DNA from: an uncultured virus (IMG/VR IMGVR_UViG_3300043568_001227)
Lineage: Duplodnaviria > Heunggongvirae > Uroviricota > Caudoviricetes
Virus record (IMG/VR): IMGVR_UViG_3300043568_001227
Location: 1-64,000 of that record
Reading direction: 5' to 3' (one strand)
DNA: 64,000 nt
Shown here: positions 22,401-28,900 of the stretch, in pieces
How positions within the stretch are numbered: position 1 is the first letter of the stretch
Layout: each line of letters starts with the position of its first letter
The notes under the pieces: generated by a model
Told to the model about the DNA's origin: nothing
Database searches by the model: none
The model's input: the letters and a program-made list of their open reading frames with translations, nothing else
Position numbers and translations under genes: made by a program

Positions 22401-22825
22401 GATGAACCACTACTTCCACTTGAACCCGATGTTCCGCTTGTACCTGACGAACCACTTGTTCCCGAACTACCTGATGTTCCACTTGTTCCTGATGTTCCGT
22501 TAATACCAATAATTAACCATCCAGTACCATTACTCTGTACATAAAGAGAATTATCTGTGGTTAATGTTTTAGTAGTACTACCATCAATTGTTTGGCTTGA
22601 CGTTGTATTTACCGTTATGGTCGCTGACCCTGTATTTTTAACAACGTATATTTTACCCGAAATACCAACTGAGGTGGGTAATGTTACTGAAAATGGGGCA
22701 TTCGAAGACCCCTCGATAAGATAATCATCAGTTGACACGCTATAAGCACTTGACACTGATTTATAAGGTACTGTTACGCCACCTAAAGATTTGACCCCAT
22801 TGCGGGCTATGAATTCATTTGCCAT
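13472..22825 (-). CDS. Giant Gly-X-Ser repeat fibre-like protein (3117 aa)
   Basis: N-terminal globular domain (MANEFIARNG...TLP...G..YVVKN...QTIDG), long GSS/GTS triplet runs punctuated by GTR, two internal globular inserts, Cys-containing C-terminal domain. Confidence 0.8.
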   Translation of the reverse strand: MANEFIARNGVKSLGGVTVPYKSVSSAYSVSTDDYLIEGSSNAPFSVTLPTSVGISGKIYVVKNTGSATITVNTTSSQTIDGSTTKTLTTDNSLYVQSNGTGWLIIGINGTSGTSGTSGSSGTSGSSGTSGTSGSSGSSGSSGTSGTSGSSGSSGSSGSSGSSGSSGTSGTSGSSGSSGSSGTAGTSGSSGSSGSSGLSGTSGTSGSSGSSGSSGTAGTSGSSGSSGSSGTSGSSGSSGTAGTSGSSGSSGSSGSSGTSGSSGSSGTSGTSGSSGTAGTSGSSGVSGTSGTSGSSGSSGSSGTSGTGGTSGSSGTSGSSGSSGSSGSSGTAGTSGSSGSSGTSGSSGTSGSSGTSGTSGSSGTSGTSGSSGTSGTSGSSGSSGSSGSSGSSGTAGTSGSAGTSGTSGSSGSSGSSGTSGSSGTSGSAGTSGTSGTSGSSGTSGTSGSSGSSGSSGSSGSSGSSGTAGTSGSSGTSGTSGSSGSSGSSGVSGTSGTSGSSGSSGSSGSSGSAGTSGTSGSSGSSGSSGTSGTSGSSGTAGTSGSSGSSGSSGTSGSSGSSGSSGSSGTSGTSGSSGSSGSSGTSGTSGTSGSSGTSGTSGSSGTAGTSGSSGSSGSSGSSGSSGSSGTSGTSGSSGTSGTSGSSGSSGSSGSSGTSGSSGTSGTSGSSGTSGSSGTSGSSGSSGSSGSSGSSGTSGSTGTSGTSGTSGSSGTAGTSGSSGSSGSSGSSGTSGTSGSSGTSGSSGSSGTSGTRGTSGSSGTSGTSGTSGSSGSSGSSGTAGTSGSSGTAGTSGSSGSSGSSGSSGSSGSSGTSGTRGTSGSSGTSGTSGSSGTSGTSGSSGISGVNGTNGTSGSSGSSGSSGTSGSSGTSGSSGSSGSSGSSGSSGTSGSSGTSGTRGTSGSSGTSGTSGTSGTSGSSGSSGSSGSSGTAGTSGSSGSSGSSGTSGSSGSSGSSGSSGSSGTSGTAGTSGSSGSSGTSGSSGSSGSSGSSGSSGTSGSSGTSGSSGSSGTAGSSGTSGTSGSSGTSGTSGSSGSSGTSGTSGTSGSSGSSGTSGISGTSGTSGTSGSSGSSGSSGSSGSSGTAGTSGSAGTSGTSGSSGSSGSSGSSGTAGTSGSSGSSGSSGSSGTSGTSGSSGSSGSSGTSGTSGTSGSSGSSGSSGTSGTSGSSGSSGSSGSSGTSGSSGSSGSSGSSGTAGTSGSAGTSGTSGSSGSSGSSGSSGTAGTSGTSGSSGSSGTSGSSGTSGSSGSSGSSGTSGTRGTSGSSGTSGTSGTSGTSGTSGSSGSSGSSGTSGTSGSSGSSGSSGSSGSSGTAGTSGSSGTAGTSGSSGSSGSSGSSGSSGSSGVSGTSGTSGTSGSSGTSGTSGSSGSSGSSGSSGSSGTSGSSGTSGTSGSSGSSGTSGSSGSSGSSGSSGSSGSSGTSGTRGTSGSSGTSGTSGSSGTSGTSGSSGSSGSSGTSGSSGTAGTSGSSGSSGSSGSSGSSGSSGSSGSSGTSGTSGSSGSSGSSGSSGTSGTRGTSGSSGTSGTSGTSGSSGSSGSSGTSGLSGTSGTSGTSGSSGSSGSSGSSGSSGVSGTSGTSGTSGSSGSSGSSGSSGSSGTSGSSGSSGSSGSSGTSGSSGSSGSSGTSGTRGTSGSSGTSGTSGLNGTAGTSGTSGSSGSSGTSGTSGSSGSSGSSGSSGSSGTSGTSGSSGSSGSSGLSGTSGTSGSSGSSGSSGSSGSSGTSGSSGSSGSSGSSGTSGSSGSSGTSGTRGTSGSSGTSGTSGLSGTSGTSGTSGSSGSSGSSGSSGTAGTSGSSGSSGSSGSSGTAGTSGSSGTSGSSGSSGSSGSSGTSGSSGSSGSSGTSGTRGTSGSSGTSGVSGTSGTSGTSGTSGTSGSSGSSGSSGSSGVSGTSGTAGTSGSSGSSGSSGSSGSSGSSGSSGTSGTSGSSGSSGSSGSSGISGTSGTSGSSGSSGSSGSSGTSGTRGTSGSSGTSGTSGLSGTAGTSGTSGSSGSSGSSGSSGTAGTSGSSGSSGSSGSSGTSGTSGSSGSSGSSGSSGSSGTSGTRGTSGSSGTSGTSGSSGTSGTSGSSGSSGSSGSSGSSGSSGTSGVSGSSGSSGTSGSSGSSGSSGSSGVSGSSGSSGSSGTSGTSGSSGSSGSSGSSGTSGTRGTSGSSGTAGTSGVNGASSCITWLSDTSNTTIPASTRISYGPVNVINSLNTIYVNKTSYNPSVDTSAWWTGLQNYVTANGAGSAYITVVEVETGLVGIYTVNSVSLAGNVYTVSVAVNSGGVSSWTNNYNHCINWVGSGKSGTSGTSGTRGTSGSSGTSGTSGTSGSSGSSGSSGSSGSSGSSGSSGSSGTSGTSGSSGSSGSSGTSGVSGSSGSSGTSGSSGSSGSSGSSGSSGTSGISGSSGSSGSSGSSGSSGSSGTSGTSGSSGSSGSSGSSGTSGTRGTSGSSGTSGTSGTSGSSGSSGSSGTSGTSGSSGSSGTSGSSGSSGSSGSSGSSGTAGTSGVSGASGVSGTSGTSGNSGSSGTSGTSGSSGSSGSSGSSGTSGNSGSSGSSGSSGSSGSSGSSGTSGSSGSSGTSGSSGSSGSSGTSGTRGTSGSSGTSGTSGTSGSSGSSGSSGSSGSSGTSGVSGSSGSSGSSGSSGSSGSSGTSGNSGSSGSSGSSGSSGSSGTSGTRGTSGSSGTSGTSGSSGTSGITANDGSNSGRWEYKGVGVGLDPLATRFATSNATQGLYNNLTINVLDYAGTNYTNWFKALALVVGLGNKVFFQVTKLGDNSNIAIYEITTIVDNTTWFDINFSSSLVGSGVLTSGDVCTISWVYNGKSGTNGTSGSSGTSGTRGTSGSSGTSGTSGTSGSSGSSGSSGSSGSSGTSGTRGTSGSSGTSGTSGTSGSSGSSGSSGSSGSSGSSGSSGLTGVAGTSGTSGGGGGSIAIYDEGTLVTSSAVSLNFAGTCITAVDDGGGAITVGIDCSKIYVIASTSATIGDFQVNESLDNYRIGDSACGWNGCEWTVLSPIVSGVGTPFPTQNGSCAIPNLYDTSVPPFKINLCGHVFCDTAVGADQVGVSVSWVKCSELSQIGVSQPTIIFEDVYNYNPNTKSVCIGSQVTYYDPISQCDGMFIVGISSRLATPNKVRFTWTLSILY
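16360..22500 (-). repeat. Main 9-nt/18-nt periodic repeat tract encoding about 680 Gly-X-Y triplets
   Basis: cctga/ccact(ccgct)-initiated 9-mers on the + strand; boundaries approximate. Confidence 0.9.
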
Positions 22826-22916
22826 TATATTTTTCTTTTTTCACTTTCCAAAAGAAAATTCTTCTATGTTTATTAACTTATAAATATGTTATCATAACCT
22901 TTTCTCTTTTTAAAAT

Positions 22917-22954
22917 AAAAAAAACCACCATATAATTTGAGTAATATGGTGGTT
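22917..22954 (-). terminator. Intrinsic terminator downstream of the 2553-aa gene
   Basis: AACCACCATAT (22923-33) / ATATGGTGGTT (22944-54) stem with A-run giving a U-tail on the minus strand. Confidence 0.7.
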
Positions 22955-22975
22955 ATTAATTAATATGTTTTTATT

Positions 22976-25900
22976 TTAGAAGACAATCCTTGTTCCTACA
23001 CTTATATCCCAAGTTCCGCCTCCAATTGCTGCGTACAACTCAAGATTTGAACCTATAATTACTGTGTAGAATTTAACCGCCACCGTTGAAGCGTTTAAAT
23101 CAGGTGTTGAACTATCAGTAAATGCCGTATTAGTTCCGTCCCACACTGTCATAATAATACCACTTCTCATCGCGTTTGTTCCAGAATCGTATACGTAATA
23201 ATCAAATGTTGCACTTGAACCTGATGCGAATGGAAAACGACAAATTAATGTTGTTGTTGTAACACCTGTTTCTCTACATGATTGTAATGACTGATTACCT
23301 TGTTCAATAGTGTCACCTGTTATTCCTAAAGTAGTACCATCAAAGGTTAAATTAGGTTCTGATGTTATACCACCCGCACCATCTGAAGTTAATACTTCAT
23401 TATCATTACCTGATACGACAGGAGATAAACCACTTGTACCTGAAGAACCTGATGTCCCACTTGTCCCTGATGTCCCACTAGTTCCTTGCAAACCACTTGT
23501 TCCGCTCGTACCCGTAGTTCCCGAAGAACCACTTGTACCCGATGTTCCTGAAGAACCGCTTGTTCCTGATGAACCAGAACTACCTGATGTTCCGCTTGAG
23601 CCCGAACTACCCGATGTTCCTGATGAGCCACTCGTACCTGAAGTTCCGCTCGTACCCGATGTTCCTGAACTACCTGACGTACCCGATGTTCCTGAACTAC
23701 CTGACGTACCCGATGTTCCTGAAGAACCACTTGTTCCTGATGTTCCACTACTTCCTGATGTACCTGCAGTTCCACTTGAACCCGATGTTCCTGAAGAACC
23801 TGAAGACCCGCTTGTTCCTGAAGAACCTGACGTTCCACTTGTACCACTAGACCCTGAACTACCTGAGGAACCACTTGAACCTGATGTTCCACTTGTACCC
23901 GCAGTTCCTGAAGAACCCGAACTACCACTAGAACCTGATGTTCCCGATGTTCCACTACTTCCGCTTGTACCCGCGGTTCCTGATGAACCCGATGTTCCAC
24001 TACTCCCTGAAGTTCCTGATGAACCTGAACTACCTGATGTTCCGCTTGTACCCGCAGTTCCTGATGAACCACTTGTTCCTGAACTACCCGAAGAACCCGA
24101 AGTTCCACTACTTCCACTAGAACCTGATGAACCCGAAGAACCGCTTGACCCCGATGTTCCACTACTTCCACTTGTACCCGCAGTTCCTGAAGAACCGCTA
24201 CTTCCTGAAGAACCACTTGACCCCGATGAACCGCTTGTTCCTGAACTACCCGATGTTCCACTACTTCCGCTTGTGCCTGATGTACCTGCAGTTCCTGAAG
24301 AACCGCTTGTTCCTGATGTTCCTGAAGACCCCGAACTACCACTAGAACCTGAAGACCCCGAACTACCACTTGAACCTGAAGTTCCGCTAGTTCCTGAAGA
24401 ACCACTTGACCCCGACGAACCTGAACTTCCTGACGTTCCACTAGTACCCGCAGTTCCTGAAGAGCCGCTACTACCGCTTGAACCTGAACTACCTGAAGTT
24501 CCTGATGAACCACTTGAACCTGATGAACCGCTACTACCACTTGAGCCAGACGTACCTGAAGTTCCTGATGAACCTGATGTACCTGCAGTTCCTGAAGAAC
24601 CACTTGTCCCACTAGACCCTGATGAACCTGATGAGCCACTTGAACCTGAACTACCGCTAGTGCCTGATGTACCCGAGCTACCACTTGTTCCTGACGAACC
24701 ACTTGTTCCACTTGAGCCCGAACTACCTGATGAACCTGATGTTCCTGATGAGCCACTCGTACCTGAAGTTCCGCTAGTTCCTGAAGAACCTGATGAGCCA
24801 CTCGTACCTGAAGAACCGCTAGTTCCTGAAGAACCTGAAGTTCCACTAGTTCCTGAAGAACCACTTGTCCCCGACGTTCCTGAACTACCCGATGTACCAC
24901 TTGAACCTGAACTACCTGACGTTCCCGATGTTCCACTACTTCCACTAGAACCTGAACTACCACTAGAACCTGATGTTCCACTTGTACCTGAAGAACCGCT
25001 TGACCCTGATGTTCCACTACTTCCACTTGTACCTGCAGTACCTGAAGAACCGCTTGACCCCGATGAACCGCTTGTCCCACTAGACCCTGATGAACCTGAA
25101 CTACCACTAGAACCTGAACTTCCTGATGTACCTGAACTTCCGCTAGTACCTGATGTTCCGCTAGTCCCACTTGTACCCGCAGAACCTGAAGTTCCTGATG
25201 ACCCGTTAGTTCCTGATGAACCACTTGAACCTGAAGTTCCGCTAGTTCCTGAAGAACCACTTGTCCCTGACGTACCTGAACTTCCGCTAGTTCCTGATGA
25301 ACCACTTGTACCTGATGTTCCGCTAGTACCTGATGTTCCTGAAGAACCACTTGTCCCTGACGTACCTGAACTTCCGCTAGTTCCTGAAGAACCACTTGAA
25401 CCTGATGACCCTGAACTTCCACTAGTTCCTGAAGTACCACTTGAACCTGAAGTTCCGCTAGTTCCTGAACTTCCGTTAGTTCCTGATGAACCACTTGTTC
25501 CTGATGAACCACTTGTTCCTGATGAACCACTTGTTCCTGATGAACCGCTTGTTCCTGAAGTACCCGAAGAACCTGACGTTCCACTTGTTCCCGATGAACC
25601 ACTTGAACCCGATGTTCCTGATGAACCATTAGTTCCTGAAGTACCCGAAGAACCTGACGTTCCACTTGTTCCCGATGAACCACTTGTACCTGAACTACCG
25701 CTAGTTCCTGATGAACCTGAACTTCCTGACGTTCCGCTTGTACCCGCAGTACCTGACGAACCACTAGACCCTGAACTTCCTGATGAACCTGAACTTCCTG
25801 ATGTTCCACTTGTTCCGCTAGACCCTGAAGAACCGCTTGACCCCGATGTTCCGCTAGTTCCTGATGAACCACTAGTTCCTGACGAACCTGAAGTACCACT

Positions 25901-28900
25901 TGAACCTGATGTTCCTGAAGAACCCGATGTTCCTGAAGAACCATCTGTTCCGCTAGTTCCTGACGAACCACTTGAACCTGATGTCCCCGATGAACCTGAA
26001 CTACCGCTAGTGCCTGATGTACCCGAGCTACCACTTGTTCCTGACGAACCACTTGAACCTGATGACCCGCTTGTACCTGAAGACCCACTTGTTCCACTAG
26101 AACCTGATGTCCCACTTGACCCTGAAGTTCCTGATGAGCCACTTGTTCCGCTTGAACCAGATGTACCACTTGTTCCTGATGAACCATTTACACCACTAAT
26201 ACCACTTGAGCCTGAAGTTCCGCTACTACCATCCGTTCCTGATGAACCATCTGTTCCACTTGTACCTGAACTACCGTCAGTTCCGCTTGTTCCTGAAGTT
26301 CCACTTGACCCATCTGTTCCTGATGAACCATCTGTTCCACTAGTACCTGATGTTCCTGATGAACCATCTGTTCCACTAGTACCTGATGTTCCTGATGAGC
26401 CATCCGTACCTGAAGTACCACTAGTTCCTGAAGAACCATCTGTACCACTTGTTCCGCTAGTTCCTGAAGAACCATCAGTTCCGCTAGTTCCTGAAGAACC
26501 ATCAGTTCCACTTGTACCTGAACTACCATCAACACCACTTAATCCACTTGAACCTGATGTTCCTGAAGTACCTGAACTACCGCTAGTTCCTGATGAACCT
26601 GAACTTCCACTTGTTCCCGATGAACCATCAGTACCTGAAGTACCACTAGTTCCCGAAGAACCATCTATTCCTGAAGTTCCTGAAGAACCATCAACACCAC
26701 TTAATCCGCTTGAACCCGATGTTCCTGAAGAACCATCAGTTCCGCTTGTTCCTGATGAACCATCGGTTCCACTAGTACCTGATGTTCCTGAAGAGCCGTC
26801 TGTACCTGAAGTTCCTGAAGAACCGTCTGTTCCTGATGTTCCTGAAGAACCGTCTGTTCCTGAAGTTCCACTTGTTCCTGAAGAACCATCGGTTCCACTT
26901 GTTCCTGAAGAACCATCGGTTCCACTAGTACCTGATGTTCCTGAAGAGCCGTCTGTACCTGAAGTACCACTACTTCCTGAAGAACCATCAGTTCCCGAAC
27001 TTCCGCTAGTTCCTGAAGAGCCGTCTGTACCTGATGTACCGCTAGTTCCTGAAGAGCCGTCTGTACCTGATGTACCACTAGTTCCTGAAGAACCATCAGT
27101 TCCTGAACTCCCACTAGTCCCTGAAGAACCATCTGTTCCGCTTGTTCCTGAAGAACCATCTGTTCCTGAAGTACCTGAACTTCCACTTGTTCCTGAAGAA
27201 CCATCTGTTCCGCTTGTTCCTGAAGAACCGTCAACACCACTTAATCCACTTGAACCTGATGTTCCACTACTCCCATTAGTTCCACTTGTTCCTGAACTAC
27301 CATCTGTTCCTGAAGTTCCACTAGTACCTGAAGAGCCATCTGTTCCCGAAGTTCCTGAAGAACCATCTGTTCCTGATGAACCATCTGTTCCGCTAGTTCC
27401 TGATGAACCATCTGTTCCACTAGTACCTGAAGTACCTGATGAACCATCTGTTCCGCTAGTGCCTGAAGAACCGTCAGTTCCGCTTGTTCCTGAACTACCA
27501 TCCGTACCGCTTGTTCCTGAACTACCATCAGTCCCACTTGTTCCTGACGAACCACTTGTTCCTGATGAACCATCTGTTCCTGAAGAACCACTGGTCCCCG
27601 ATGAACCGTTAGTACCGCTTGTTCCTGATGAACCATTCACACCACTAATACCACTTGAACCTGACGAACCTGACGAGCCATCTGTCCCGCTAGTTCCTGA
27701 AGAACCGTCAGTACCACTTGTTCCTGAACTTCCTGAAGAACCGCTAGTCCCTGAAGAACCATCCGTTCCACTTGTTCCTGAAGAACCATCTGTACCTGAA
27801 CTTCCACTAGTTCCTGAACTTCCACTAGTTCCTGAAGAACCATCTGTTCCTGAACTACCGTCAGTTCCGCTAGTTCCTGAAGAACCATCAACACCACTTA
27901 ATCCACTTGAACCCGAGGTTCCTGAACTACCATCTGTCCCACTTGTACCTGATGTACCGCTAGTTCCTGAAGAGCCGTCTGTACCTGATGTACCACTAGT
28001 TCCTGAAGAACCATCAGTTCCTGAACTCCCACTAGTCCCTGAAGAACCGTCAGTTCCGCTTGTACCTGAAGAACCATCAACACCGCTTAATCCGCTTGAC
28101 CCCGATGTTCCTGAAGAACCATCAGTTCCGCTAGTTCCTGAACTACCGTCAGTACCCGAACTTCCACTTGTTCCCGATGACCCATCTGTTCCTGAAGTAC
28201 CTGATGAACCATCTGTCCCTGAAGTACCTGAAGAACCATCTGTTCCACTAGTACCTGAACTACCATCTGTTCCACTTGTTCCTGAGGAACCGCCTGAACC
28301 TGAAGAACCGCTTGTACCAGAACTTCCACTTGTACCTGAAGAACCATCAGTACCCGAACTTCCACTTGTACCTGAAGAACCATCAGTTCCGCTTGTTCCT
28401 GAAGAACCATCAGTACCGCTAGTTCCTGAAGAACCACTTGACCCCGATGTTCCTGAAGTACCTGAACTACCGTCAGTACCGCTAGTTCCTGATGAACCAT
28501 CTGTTCCTGAAGTACCTGAACTTCCACTTGTTCCTGAAGAACCATCTGTTCCTGAAGTACCTGAAGAACCATCAACACCACTTAATCCACTTGAACCTGA
28601 TGTTCCACTTGTTCCTGAAGAACCATCTGTTCCGCTTGTTCCACTAGTACCTGAAGAACCATCAGTTCCGCTTGTTCCTGAAGAACCATCAGTACCGCTA
28701 GTTCCTGAAGAACCGTCTGTTCCGCTTGTTCCTGAAGAACCGTCAACACCACTTAATCCACTTGAACCTGATGTTCCACTTGTTCCCGATGACCCATCTG
28801 TTCCGCTAGTTCCACTTGTTCCTGATGAACCATCTGTTCCGCTAGTTCCTGAAGAACCGTTAGTACCACTAGTTCCTGATGAACCATCTGTTCCTGAACT

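Noticed and set aside
16341..22544. 2067-aa antisense ORF (PEVP/PLVP repeats)
   Set aside because: Shadow of the Gly-X-Y gene: in this antisense frame a stop needs sense codons starting TA or CA (Tyr/His/Gln), which the repeat lacks
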